IMG/VR virus record: IMGVR_UViG_2799112330_000001
Location: 25,242 to 89,241 of that record
Strand: one strand, 5' to 3'
Length of the DNA: 64,000 nt
Origin: a virus
A model generated the notes under the pieces. That model ran no database searches and was not told the origin of the DNA. It saw only the letters and a program-made list of their open reading frames with translations. Within the stretch, counting starts at the first letter, position 1. Each line of letters opens with the position of its first letter. Below are positions 24,001 to 38,392 of the stretch, in pieces. The position numbers were made by a program, and so were the translations under genes.

Positions 24001-26207
24001 TCAAAAAGAAATATATCAAAATACTTTTTAAAATTTTCATTTACAACTATATTTCCTTCATTATCTTTTATAAATAAACCTGGTCTTATAATTCTACCTT
24101 TTCTATCTTTTAATCCATAAAAAAATGGATTTTCTTCTATTTGACTTAAATTACCATATCTTCTAATTAAAGTTCTACTTCCTTTTAAACTACTTTCTTT
24201 AATAGCCTCAAAAAGATTACTAATATGGCTATTTGCTATAAGATTAGAAGAATTATTACCATTTGCATTAGGTGAATTTAAATCAATTGTAGTAGTATTA
24301 TAACTTGTTAAAAGTTTTGTTATTGTAATTAAAGAAGCTTTAATACTTTTTTCATTTTCTATATCAATTGTTTCTTCTAAACTAAAAGTTGGACGTATGG
24401 GAGATTTAAGATTTGTACTTTTTATAACATTATTAGCTAAATCTTCCATTTCTTTATCAAAGGCTCTTCTTTTTTCTCTATATTCGCTATATTCTTTATT
24501 AAATTTATCTCTTCCATTACTATATTTTTTATATAATCTGTCAATTTCTTTAGAAAGTTGTTTTACATGGTGTAATAAATTAAGTACATCGGCATAAGGA
24601 GCATTTTCTATAAAATCAGAAATTGCTGTAAAATTATAATTTGGTGCAATAGTTCTAAAAAAATCAATAATAGGTCCAATAAGTTTAATTTTTTCTTCAT
24701 TAGACATATTTTCACTAATATTTAATTTAGAAATTTTTTCTTGTAATTCAGAAGAAACATTCAAAAAATTAATTGTATAATCATTACGCAATCTTAAATA
24801 TTCTTTATTGACTGCGTCTGCATCATTATTACTTCTAGAAAATTCAAATTGATTTGTTTCTGGATTTATTTTTACAGTAGCTTTTTTAACTTTGTAATGA
24901 GCTAAATTTCTATATATATTTCTAGCAAAAACAGGATTATTTTTCATTTCTACAATCATTGGCATAATTCCATAAAATTCAGGAATTTCAGTAGCCATTT
25001 TAGTAAGTTTTTCTATAAGAGACTCTATAGAATTAAAACTATCTATAGTTTTGACATTTTTAATCAATTGAATATAAAGATTTTCTCCATCATAATTTTC
25101 TTTTACTCCTAAAGGATTATTTCTAGAATAGTTAGGAATTTCATTTTCTCCAGTTGTATAAGGAGAATCTAATTTATATAATACAGTTCCTAAATATATT
25201 TGAAAATTACTATCAATTAATTTTTTATAACTATTGGCTACTTTACCTTTATCCCAACCATTATCTTCATTTCTATCTTGTTCTGCATTTTCAAAATCTA
25301 TAGCGTCGTCGAAATCTGTGACTTCATAAATATCATCAACGTCTAATTTTGAAAATTGTTGACTAACTTTATTAACTGTAGCTAAAGATTTTACTTCAGT
25401 AAACCAAATAGCATAATTATACATAACTTGATTATATAATGCAGTATAATTTTTAACTTCAGTAGTTCCAAATATTTCTATAAAATTTAATAAAAATGCA
25501 TTTCGTTCAACAGCTTTAGCTTTTAATAAATCATTTATTTCTTTTTTATTTTCAGCAGCAGCATTTTTAAAATCATTTTGCAATTGTATCAATTCATTAT
25601 TTAATTTTTTTAATTCTATTAATTTAGAACTTAAAATTTTTTCTTCATCTGTTAATTTATCAGAGTTATTTTCTATTTCTGATTCTTTAATTTTAATAAA
25701 TGATGGAAGCACATATCCATAATATTCATCTTTTATTTCATTTTTAGTAATATCAAATATTTTTTCAATAGATTCATTTTGATGTTTTAAATAATTAATT
25801 CTTATTCTATTTGCAGTATAATTTTTTCCATATTCTAATGCAATTTGATTTTCAAATCCTCTAAGCTCATATCCTTCTCTTATAGCAGCATAATCTTTAA
25901 CATTTTCGTTAGTTACTCTATAGTATCTGTTAAAAATTGCACTTAATTGATTAAAATTATAATTTTTTAATTCTTCGATAGTTTTAAGTTTATTATCTTC
26001 AGAATAATTTAATCGTAAATCGCTATTTATACTTTCTAAATATTGATTTGCAATTTTAACTACTTCATCCAAATGATGTTCTAAACCATAAGCAATAGTT
26101 ATTGCTTTAAGTTTATTGTTTCCTGCAACTTGGTCACTTTCTATGACTCTTTTTATACTCGGAGTTATTATTTCCGATGTATTTAAATGAAAAATAAGAC
26201 AATTCAT
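12036..26207 (-). CDS. giant virion-associated protein containing a multisubunit-RNAP-like (beta-prime DPBB) catalytic module
   Basis: Uninterrupted 4723-aa ORF. The segment YRIPTEGKQSVAIMKV...IFVPNEWVTQTGSDFDVDS (DFDVD encoded at 20889-20903) parallels E. coli beta-prime NRAPTLHRLGIQAF...HPLVCAAYNADFDGD. Giant DxDxD proteins next to the tail genes are typical of crAss-like phages. Confidence 0.7.
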   Translation of the reverse strand: MNCLIFHLNTSEIITPSIKRVIESDQVAGNNKLKAITIAYGLEHHLDEVVKIANQYLESINSDLRLNYSEDNKLKTIEELKNYNFNQLSAIFNRYYRVTNENVKDYAAIREGYELRGFENQIALEYGKNYTANRIRINYLKHQNESIEKIFDITKNEIKDEYYGYVLPSFIKIKESEIENNSDKLTDEEKILSSKLIELKKLNNELIQLQNDFKNAAAENKKEINDLLKAKAVERNAFLLNFIEIFGTTEVKNYTALYNQVMYNYAIWFTEVKSLATVNKVSQQFSKLDVDDIYEVTDFDDAIDFENAEQDRNEDNGWDKGKVANSYKKLIDSNFQIYLGTVLYKLDSPYTTGENEIPNYSRNNPLGVKENYDGENLYIQLIKNVKTIDSFNSIESLIEKLTKMATEIPEFYGIMPMIVEMKNNPVFARNIYRNLAHYKVKKATVKINPETNQFEFSRSNNDADAVNKEYLRLRNDYTINFLNVSSELQEKISKLNISENMSNEEKIKLIGPIIDFFRTIAPNYNFTAISDFIENAPYADVLNLLHHVKQLSKEIDRLYKKYSNGRDKFNKEYSEYREKRRAFDKEMEDLANNVIKSTNLKSPIRPTFSLEETIDIENEKSIKASLITITKLLTSYNTTTIDLNSPNANGNNSSNLIANSHISNLFEAIKESSLKGSRTLIRRYGNLSQIEENPFFYGLKDRKGRIIRPGLFIKDNEGNIVVNENFKKYFDIFLFDGIQKTDYSQSVTYQSATKSDYFFTQLLAFFNGINQPGTEEKGLAFFLDTPSDAQKNYIMSVPPIKTDDIFSYDGKDSVAVAKFISLYNNKVTKINELAKTDFEYELNNKLNRLGEQHNFDKSKFFRTLIGKNNDTYRSYAFSIKNSNGVSTVPIIYKEGDTTFYLEMKIEYVDNSKKIFKFSEINNLYVLKNKFLEDTLTDTFVSIFKNNIIENEIEENSIERKINKNSEIFLGYKQLLKSELYNYIHQLGNVIETEDNDKVGGNNWKIAKSKKGLINLVHRKGNKIIENGKLVGNFFRFDKLFKIGNFDVDSILNNKLSLYGDVNTNSLFYTDDKDNLYINEDSDIIKLNINKKGQKVIVDFKYTEEIDNILDDVVSDWLMEFQKDTTDALNEYSNVLDINLKKLNKTNLDVVNFVLATTYIRLATEPIITGDNKFYNKWSEDDEGNRQDDIRTFLKRAKEVQAGGQVYYGGDIYEQPGTDIHNLKYNGKEELITTSNIKVRTKDENGKEKWIIKQVPIYARNGFRAITIENTVKTSEQGDIIKKQLQKTMDKKVADGIVSKSVANRLVNYLSDAFTNAKTKVNDAQSYITFEEWIRRRYADGTYNEYKDLIETINKLRSKEITLADVDINSINKRIQVQKNFYFDIQTDKKTGTMYPRQIKNAEFVLIPELLVGTDLEKLYNAMVEAGIDQVNTIETSKAANRDILTFWDNNQKVVNYDEFISQISSPLDGDNRNYNYNVVEDYYYRNLWKQQDVAEHTKDEVNKAGLQITKKIIDNATEDVDKFVNAFITNFSTNIKASYDQMLFNMGWMIDKNTGRIVNRSNGKELLDFREFYIRALQEAERLGMDSNFKEYFEIDETAGYPKMPNFMNINSEKQESVTQALFNSSVRKQTLPGWHMAQVSGVGTGVRDTTGKIRTLKYHSDEKGNYVPYIEVLIPRWSMNIPKYKRTPKKENESNDVYYTRIEKEQQKFDEEILKKLNDAKLLEHIGYRIPTEGKQSVAIMKVVGFVDDIYGSTIFVPNEWVTQTGSDFDVDSIYGICHNFRYNEKTKNFEKINENNKDTQLDRENRYIAYIKQLIKNGRIKTLQDTLNKDNKLLNEEKRNNISNILKDINNIQAKLQNTDYFKNNYKQQNELIQSLPANIKEMISRNMKKINDAYGDLEIRDKHYIEQFKIFLKSPKINPQIKSSIQELIDIINDRKAITNELNNISDNWNRIESEKESYHAALLSAINDLANEYNLIKYDEFIKLPILEQQIREARNNNIIDNFLEILKNDSSFEENMSRSNFDDITAVNKTISKLEAIKSKHNQAVANTLTQIQFFEDAIMGARLKALSVQRDTFLSVSNKIHGKLKTPILVAYDLNQQIYNSDKKSYEDIFEGETLKDKKDNLKSLYNEYRESNDDEYIVAHDELGWHSHNGKTTNRNILGRLMTVYSSETTAHILDAVKEGAIINETEDTFGIFKTLIDLGIDYSTAIGFLAQPAITKLVKNFNNNKSIYINDNNNAIVETMVQILNEAGYNEVSNYSDLKTVIKKGKEFFKLSDENIINVKDLYNALNGNDTLLHQFQVLSIYSQLNGITKNIENLVQCCNPDKFGAKQTIHDTKEALINIYNYGFNANNDAIFEITNDKDIPFLQSLYPGLFERSGLREKDSSYEYLASFLKYTTIPSVVINSQLFDLESPEFSLGYYGLVELFNDNKTFSLCELIEHKLGRRLTNDEYKEYKKYIVSSVFNENKTLVTPLIVDKYNRFIPDIENLDISEKNTENDANTVTPHANYWNREKMRIFGFGVQGYRDIKVNNIEKPTKEEIKAFSKLTPAQKVDWIKLHFRNNAEIFNYIETNYISRGSYSLYGVNINSLKVKFGNDVEILYSAFRKAAFSKNPLIKLAAADLVKYAFIVEGDNFKFGGISRIITNDFLYTSNNDYGFTINPNYSFVEELSSQLHDIDIREKSGNTFIERFIRQHHTFIKELNLNTTISKDTNSSEKSIFYNSTNSDRSVLIKVGNKNSPNQSLIKKILGSDQTKGFVKIKSKNDKIELYKVERIEIENALYGIYLYPIGILEENEYNDYSVKEENNPLYKHEYYETQFKDIIKVLPTVDLDKYKYENRATAEDKVENYKIPVYAAEKMENDEFQQILNGEKGDESSKKGIEMFIEQITDFIKTPVEGDDIKKYTVAATLNPYLMNLFKENTSIIQDILVDGELHTIIIKPYKRKNLESLKRILRDNAISGKKKYTSNKAEDNLIDYLFKNKFADKHMLLSVEIGYKTDEELNEAVKEEDNERKIKAAVTNLLIDEDDVSRPLDSKVEPIDKFAGELAKRMYNRSKRSDNSIIQRFARKVSTGELIVDDKDSVIKNKRNIFVSAASYYEQEANLLLDRMKHYVIGEGENKKDFNIGNPNLYEELLKYPEYYDDLIALILNAKNFGRDIGEVFSLDVEVEDEIINKSIETIRKSINLIRNNNLLNGENGAISNIFNIYIAKKYSNNPLIRHDLIKLRTQFGDINWFDLQIADAGFTNNKQIQTVLKLVYGIIDRVRDIEAPDAVREFQEKYDNIMKSGNIDMNKIIDEHGKYIQKYNDKYFEDKQTVIDNYIEAMAKYGKYSEQALKAKLERDEWFAKNVEQLLVKEYYDAINEATRRILYGDETINGENAINYFIEYNKLKDELSGFTYDASAMTESDIKRIKEIHSRLSELTQETKGEFDTTEDGEIISMSSDNIYIDRQAQILNHYIKSLKEINSKYKEYEPTDSWVKTIRHYLDIISEFDKLHPGLSLNAKLENPSYKEAYVWVNKNSIYSINEKTLKEISKNYEILRGSKHSTFKNITIWCKRNGFVDEFGRIDGRKLSLEQQRGIKNAMENSKLRSNASILSDDALINQVRFKKPIYKDKFYLDVYGGEHFSQNADKLEKIKEINKIFVNANAVTSKGIDMILLLSHLNIEELRNLRDKINELREIKGKKLPKDIRNRLKALTEKVTDNESFKADYLTVKSHFQTSEPAKFAIWLQMFVEHDSETGDLVMEDNTYVPEYLFYGYRSPIESQKDKYIDKEKTAARNFIDENIEYVTNEYYKEAWDNAVNNGAFEEWFEANHIYNQFTKRYETIPIWSNMRIKNEVSRNKYEYIPTFDNSERNPRHDDEVDYRNPNYKTYGSHFKEDTADKKYINEKYSKANLNDNEIKMLNFLINTARKYVINNGQRSFADTYAPRLMEHRADKKFRRNVVLDILGVNYRSSANDKWHEEIGYLYDSDPDFQMFELLKNEGYKERVKARPRNEGETDEQYSKYLNDIKKENEEIHKNNLELDSAMLNRNWREVYSQLVLNGENYLARNKAKNSLYLLLEDLLENDAIKGNRITGKPIVNKNSSNNPEMIKYLTEKQEHAFKIMQTFARRVIYDEYKKQHKLTGAANLLQGFTSSKYMMLNIHGGIANVSTGLVNILAERFAGEYFSNKAWWKAEAKYGANVLSAIADMYYDDASSFTNGLIKLINAVDYDEINGELVKSATAVEFARRLNDFLFSPNSMGEHFMQNTAALAMIEDARIYEDGNGGYRIGNINDYMRDIEIETLKEIITEWGDSYKINSTSIITLFNNYIKNIKKDKKVQYDYDTFKKDICMDFIQLITRQANDNSKLANEYIKRRKSAIEKAKKEFETKDRLIDQFEFKLNKNGDGRGVTRIKHDSKLNINPSTGELDSTIGNTTFKEFTRRIIYVNKKIHGVYDKLGRATIENEFWGSLVMQYHKHIYPGIMKRYRGIFGGGGYYNELLEGVEMGSYTSLLRFLSTEFRNLDLKKKQIIDENGNIVDTDISALESLQNIAHAFIATITHISLNWNLLPAWEQRNILRAIGDIAGIIGTALLVIGMYAMWDDEDFKDDLLLANTLYTANRMFSEAYMYLPTGMISEFDSLWASPVAGSSNIKDIMKGFEILSEILFNDDFNPKYTTGQYKGRYKLEVLATRNIPVYRIYKNILNMGARNSYYNGGTGNSKAQAGLREIGKSLKE
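17500..17511. repeat. GC-rich palindrome family copy (CCTTCTACAGGG, 1 mismatch)
   Basis: Inside the giant ORF. The sense strand reads P-V-E-G. Confidence 0.6.
18440..18451. repeat. GC-rich palindrome family copy (CCCCGTAGAGGG, 1 mismatch)
   Basis: Inside the giant ORF. The sense strand reads S-L-Y-G, which is the opposite orientation and a different frame from the 17500 copy. Confidence 0.6.
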
Positions 26208-26338
26208 AATTTTAATTTTTAGAGCATAACTTTTAGGAATATGCTCATTTATTATTAAATTATTTATTATTTATAGGATAGTGCGAAATAAAGCATATAT
26301 TTGCGTTATAAACGCACTAACCTATAAAACAATATAAA

Positions 26339-33075
<6,737 letters not shown>

Positions 33076-33076
<1 letters not shown>

Positions 33077-34773
33077 TATTGTTGAAATTTATTTTTATAG
33101 GCTGTTCTAATATTGCGTCTAGTTTCATCCACAGATTGTTCTCCTAAAATAGATAATATTTCTTGAGTTGTAGCTCCAGAAGCATTGTTATATTCAGTCA
33201 TTAAAGAATCAAACCAATCTTCTGTTATAACACCCAAATTAGTATAAGTATTTAATTTATTTTGAGCAGTTATTACTTGCCAAAGTGCGGCTTTTGCTGC
33301 TTGCGGACTTCCAAATATTTGATTTAAATTAAATTGTGTGCCATTGGAATTATTATATAAATATACATAATTACCATTAAAATCTGAACCTACTTGATAT
33401 GTTCCTTGAGAATTACTACCTTGTAATCTTACACTTTTTTTAAACTTAGGCATATGATAGCCTTCCATAGTTTTTATTTCATCTCTTGCAATAACACCTA
33501 AATCATTTTTATATGCGGCAATAGCTTCTTTTTCAAAAAAATTATTAACAAAAACTTTATATCCAGGATGTACTTGTTTACTACCGTCTTTATTTTCTCT
33601 AGCAGGAATATAAATTATATGACCATAATTTTCTCCATCTGTGGCAGGTTTAATAGATACTGCATCCGATTGATTTTCCATAGCATATGCTATATCTTGA
33701 ATTATTTGATCTCTAGTGACATCATTTGTGTTAGGTTCGAATTCACCACCTTCAAATGTTTCTCTTTTAAATTCATTTCCGTTAATAGTCCATACAGGAA
33801 AATTAGCAGCATTAGTACCAACTAGTTGATTATAAAACGTTTTTTGTATTTCTTGTTTATTAAATTTAGTTTCACCAGCTTTAATACCAAAATTTACTCT
33901 ATCCATATAAGCTTGCATTTCTTGAAAACTTCCTAATCCATTACCTGTTTTTATTTGTCCATTATCTACAAAAGCAAATGTATCTATATAATCTAACGAT
34001 GAATGAACAGGAACATTATCTACAACGGGATTTTGATATTTAGAATTAAGTTTGTTATATCTATAATCAAATTCAATTAAAGCATATCCAGCTTTATTTA
34101 AATATCCTCCATCGCCAACATTATGAAAAATTGTTTTAACAGGATATTCTTTTGTAATAGAATTTATACTTTTAGCTAAAACCATAAAAGCGTTTTCATC
34201 ATGAGGAATTGTAACAGTTCTATTACTTTTATCTACATATATACCATATTTAGTTAAATCTATTTTATTATTATTTGTATATTTTTCTAAAGCGTCGAAA
34301 TACCATTCATTAAAATTAATAGTTTTACTATCTTGAATTTGTCCATTTTTAGTAAACAATTCATTATAATTTTTAATTATTTCTCCAAATCCATCAGGAT
34401 AATAAGTATTATCTGCTTGTCCAACTGGATTAATATTAGGGGCACTACTTCTGAAAAAACCACTTTCATTAGGTTTATAAAAGTTTGAAGCTTCGTCCCA
34501 CTTTCCACTAATTAACAAATTATAAAAATTATATTTTGCTTTATCTTTATCAGAATATCCCTCTATAGCATTCTTATAATTATCTATTTTTGTTTGTTGT
34601 ATTCTTTCTTCATCATTAAATTTCATTAAATATTCATTATATCTATCTTCATTTATTTTTCCATTTTCAAAAGCAGACTTTACTTTATTTCGCCTATCAT
34701 TATAATCTATCAATTGAAAACCATATTCCAATTGAGAATTAACATCAAAATTTTGTTCAGGCATAATTATCAA
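33076..34773 (-). CDS. hypothetical virion-block protein
   Basis: 565-aa ORF. Its stop overlaps the next start by 1 nt. No motif recognised. Confidence 0.65.
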
Positions 34774-34776
34774 TAA

Positions 34777-35865
34777 TTAAAAAGTTATACCATCTTCTCC
34801 TGCCATATCGTCACTAGAAGCACCATTTACGCTTTCTGTTGTATCACTAGTTCTATTTGTAGTTCCAGCAGATTCTCCACCTAAATCACCATATCCAGGA
34901 GTTTCATTTATATTATTTTTTCCTCCACCTTTAAATAAATAAGGATTAAATAAATTAACATCTCTAGAAGTAACAAGTTTTCTATATTTACTACCCTCAA
35001 TACTATTCACAAATGTATATTGAATAAACTCTAAAGGACTTCTTTCAACCCCACTAGCAGTATATAATCCATAATCTGTATTATCTCCATGTTCTTTAGC
35101 CCATTTAGCATATTTAATTTTTTGATTAATATGAGCTTGATAAGCTTGATTATGTTCATATAAACCTATAACACTTTTAAATAATTTATCACCTGTTACT
35201 TCTTCTTTCATATTTCCATATTTATCTATTATAGCAGCACTAACAATATCTTCACTATTTGCTCCAACTTCTTTTCCATTTATATCATAAAATTTAAGAG
35301 TCTCACCAGAAGTTACATCAGGTCTAGTAAATTTAATTACTTCTTCAAACATTTTAGTATCATCTATATAACTTACTGGTCTATCTATCGGCTCCCATTT
35401 ACTACCTCCTATAATTTTACTTCCATCTTGTGAATATTTATCTTCATAATAATAAGGATTTTTATCAATATACATGTCTTTCATATATTCAGGAATATCA
35501 GTACGTTTTAATATTTCATCTTTAAATGCTTTATAATCTTGTTGCGCTCTTAATCTTCCTAATACTCTAGGATCGCTCATTATTTTACCACTTTTAGCAA
35601 TAATATCATCTAAAGCGTAATACATATTTCCATATTTAATACTATCGTCAATTGTTTGTTGTAATTCATCTAATAATTCTTGTTTAGTTCCATCCTCTTT
35701 TTCATTAAAATCAAGTTGTCCAATAGCAGTTTGTAATTGACTAGCTGCTTCTACTGCTTTTAAATGACCAGCTTCTAATTTATCAGAAGTTGATATTAAT
35801 TGGTCAATAGCAGCTTTTCTTGATTCAGCTGTACCATCTTGATATATATAATTTCCAAAAGTCAT
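34777..35865 (-). CDS. hypothetical virion-block protein
   Basis: 362-aa ORF, tightly packed. No motif recognised. Confidence 0.65.
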   Translation of the reverse strand: MTFGNYIYQDGTAESRKAAIDQLISTSDKLEAGHLKAVEAASQLQTAIGQLDFNEKEDGTKQELLDELQQTIDDSIKYGNMYYALDDIIAKSGKIMSDPRVLGRLRAQQDYKAFKDEILKRTDIPEYMKDMYIDKNPYYYEDKYSQDGSKIIGGSKWEPIDRPVSYIDDTKMFEEVIKFTRPDVTSGETLKFYDINGKEVGANSEDIVSAAIIDKYGNMKEEVTGDKLFKSVIGLYEHNQAYQAHINQKIKYAKWAKEHGDNTDYGLYTASGVERSPLEFIQYTFVNSIEGSKYRKLVTSRDVNLFNPYLFKGGGKNNINETPGYGDLGGESAGTTNRTSDTTESVNGASSDDMAGEDGITF

Positions 35866-35880
35866 AATTGTATAAATTTA

Positions 35881-37812
35881 TTAAACATGTGACATAGCTT
35901 CAACAGAATTTGGATTTCCAGCTAAAGCAGCTTTATATCTTAACCAATTATATATAGTATTTCCTCCAGCATTAGCAAATTGATTTACAATACCTGCATA
36001 AGTTTCTAACATTTTAGTTTCATTTTCACTACGTTTATCAAGTAATTGCATATTTAACATTGCTTTCTGATGTTCAACATTTTGTGCATTTTGAATATTT
36101 TTAGCAATAGTTTGACCTTGTTGCAATAAATTTTGATTAATTAAATTTGTTTCAATATTTTCTTTTTGTCCATATAATTTCATATTTTGTAAAGCAGTAT
36201 TATATCGTGCGCCATGTTTTCTTGCTAAAGCTACTTGAGAACTAGCTGTATTTGCATCTATATCTCTTAATGTTAAACCTAAGTTTCTTCTATTTTCAGA
36301 TAATTGAGGATTTATATTAAATCTTGTTTTTAAACTAATTAAAGGTATATCATAAGATTTAATACTATCTACAATAGATTTCATTTTATTTAAATAATGC
36401 GCATTAGATAGAACATTTGCAGAAGCTCCAGCCAATCCAGTCAATGCAGATGCTCCATGTAAAATAACATTACCTAAAAAATATCCTGCACCTTGAGGAC
36501 CATATTTATCAGTTAATTTTTCTCTTATAGATTTCTTTTTAGCAGGAATATTATTTTCTGTTAGTTTATCTTCAGGTTTTGGATTTTCAATAACTCTATA
36601 AGGAGATTTAACTTTATCTACAGTTTTATCACCTATTTTATAACTTTTTGGTTCAAGTAATCCAGTTTCAGGATTAATATTATATTTAAAATCTGTAGCA
36701 ATAATTGGAGTAACTCCTATAGGCATATCTTCTTTTCTTTCATACCATTTTCCGTCTGTACCCCAAAGTGCTCTTTTTCTATTATTTGATTGATATTGTT
36801 TCCCTGTAGAGGGAACATATCCTAAAAGACTTGCATTTTTTTCTTTGTTTGTCATACCACCATATTGTTTTTTTGTTCTTTGACTATTTCTAATTTTTTC
36901 GTCTAAATCTTTATTTTTATTTTTAAATGTATTATATAACATATTGTTTAAATATAATTTATCTTTTTGATTTTCTCCAGTTGCTATAAAACTGCTATAA
37001 TTTTTTGTTTCATTTATAGGTATATTTTTTAATAAAGATTCTGCATTATAAATATTAACTCCGTTTGATTTTAATTTATTTAATATTTGTAAAGCATTAG
37101 AATCACCCATATTATAAGCCATAAGAGCTTTAATTGTAGTAACAGTATCATTTTCATTATTAGGATTATTTATCCAAGGTCTATTCATATATCCATCCAT
37201 TAATTTATTTCTAACCATTATTGCTGTATCAGTATTTAAAACACTTTCATAAGAAATAGAATCGCCAGTTTGTCTATTATATTCATCTACGCCAATAGGT
37301 CTAATTTGAAATAATCCTCTTGCATTTTTACTATTTGTTGAAGTAGTGTCATATTTACTTTCAGCATAAGCTTGTCTACTAGCAACATCTTCTAAATAAT
37401 TGTTTTCTCCCTCTAAAGGGGATTTATTACTATTTCCGCCAAATAATTTTTTAACAAATTCTTTTATTCCAAATTTAGCTTTTTTCTTACTGCCATCATC
37501 ATTAATTCCATTAATCTGCTTATATTGTTCTTGTGCTGCAAATATTAAATTTGGATTAGCACCTTTTAAAACTAAATTTGCAGGACTTTCACCACCTAAA
37601 AATTTTTGTGCACTAAACACTCTTACTTCATTATTGTTTTTATCTTTTTTAACTATTTCTCCATTATCAACAGATAATTTAGCAATACCATTTTTTAGTT
37701 TTACATCTGTATCTATATCATCAGTTTTATTCGGATTTTTACCTATCATTAAATAATAATCATTTCCAATAGGTAATGCTAAACCTTTTTTTGTAGTAAT
37801 ATTGTTAATCAT
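35881..37812 (-). CDS. virion protein with lytic transglycosylase (SLT) domain
   Basis: AYAESKYDTTSTNSKNARGLFQIRPIGVDEY matches the SLT ES...GL(M/F)QI signature. The C-terminal half carries a Gly/Ala-rich hydrophobic segment (GAGYFLGNVILHGASALTGLAGASA) and helical repeats. Confidence 0.65.
   Translation of the reverse strand: MINNITTKKGLALPIGNDYYLMIGKNPNKTDDIDTDVKLKNGIAKLSVDNGEIVKKDKNNNEVRVFSAQKFLGGESPANLVLKGANPNLIFAAQEQYKQINGINDDGSKKKAKFGIKEFVKKLFGGNSNKSPLEGENNYLEDVASRQAYAESKYDTTSTNSKNARGLFQIRPIGVDEYNRQTGDSISYESVLNTDTAIMVRNKLMDGYMNRPWINNPNNENDTVTTIKALMAYNMGDSNALQILNKLKSNGVNIYNAESLLKNIPINETKNYSSFIATGENQKDKLYLNNMLYNTFKNKNKDLDEKIRNSQRTKKQYGGMTNKEKNASLLGYVPSTGKQYQSNNRKRALWGTDGKWYERKEDMPIGVTPIIATDFKYNINPETGLLEPKSYKIGDKTVDKVKSPYRVIENPKPEDKLTENNIPAKKKSIREKLTDKYGPQGAGYFLGNVILHGASALTGLAGASANVLSNAHYLNKMKSIVDSIKSYDIPLISLKTRFNINPQLSENRRNLGLTLRDIDANTASSQVALARKHGARYNTALQNMKLYGQKENIETNLINQNLLQQGQTIAKNIQNAQNVEHQKAMLNMQLLDKRSENETKMLETYAGIVNQFANAGGNTIYNWLRYKAALAGNPNSVEAMSHV
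36800..36815. repeat. GC-rich palindrome family copy (TTCCCT-GTAG-AGGGAA, exact core, 6-bp stem)
   Basis: Inside the SLT-protein CDS. The sense strand reads V-P-S-T-G-K. Confidence 0.8.
37409..37420. repeat. GC-rich palindrome family copy (CCCTCTAAAGGG, 1 mismatch)
   Basis: Inside the SLT-protein CDS. The sense strand reads S-P-L-E-G. Confidence 0.55.
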
Positions 37813-37873
37813 AATATTATATTAAATTTAATTTATTTTAATATTATATTTAAGTTAAATAAAATATTCATAT

Positions 37874-38392
37874 TTAAAATGGCCATGTTAATACATTTTT
37901 ATTATTTTTTAAATATTTATATACATCATCATCATTTGATAATTCTCCTAATCTTTTTTCTAAGTTTTTTTGACGCCAACAATCTTTATATATTGCAAAT
38001 GTTTTTCTATTTTTGTCTCTATTAAATGTTGGAGGTTCAAGTTCATAAACTTCATTGTTTTTTAATATTTTTTTAACATTATGTAATTTATGATATTTAT
38101 TTTCTTTAAATATATTTTTAACAGTTTTAACACCTTGTTTAACAGTTCCATATCCAGGAACAATATAAGGTATCATAGCTTCAGTATGTCCTTGACTAAC
38201 ATCTTTAAAAGGAAATAACATTTCGGCAAAAGGATTACCTGTTAATTTATCTAAATATCCTTCTACATTTTCTTTAATTACTTGTCCATAACTACGATTA
38301 GTTCCAACTGCTGATGGTACTGTATCACCACCATTTTTAAATAAAATACGATCAATACTATTTTGTTGATTAACTTTTTTAATTGTTTTCAT
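37874..38392 (-). CDS. small basic protein, paralogous N-terminus with 39095..39733
   Basis: 172-aa ORF starting MKTIKKVNQQNSIDRILFKNGG. It has a 4-nt ATGA overlap with the upstream gene. Confidence 0.6.
   Translation of the reverse strand: MKTIKKVNQQNSIDRILFKNGGDTVPSAVGTNRSYGQVIKENVEGYLDKLTGNPFAEMLFPFKDVSQGHTEAMIPYIVPGYGTVKQGVKTVKNIFKENKYHKLHNVKKILKNNEVYELEPPTFNRDKNRKTFAIYKDCWRQKNLEKRLGELSNDDDVYKYLKNNKNVLTWPF
38326..38392. repeat. about 66-bp direct repeat, copy 1 (encodes the shared N-terminal leader)
   Basis: It aligns with 39667-39733 at roughly 85% nucleotide identity by eye. Confidence 0.7.

Noticed and set aside
26296-26303. TATATTTG on the + strand between the two giant - strand genes, a possible antisense promoter.
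   Set aside because: There is no TTTG at the correct spacing upstream, and it would fire antisense into the 2245-aa gene. It lies within alternative hairpins (TGCGTT-ATA-AACGCA) and is probably a chance match in AT-rich DNA.
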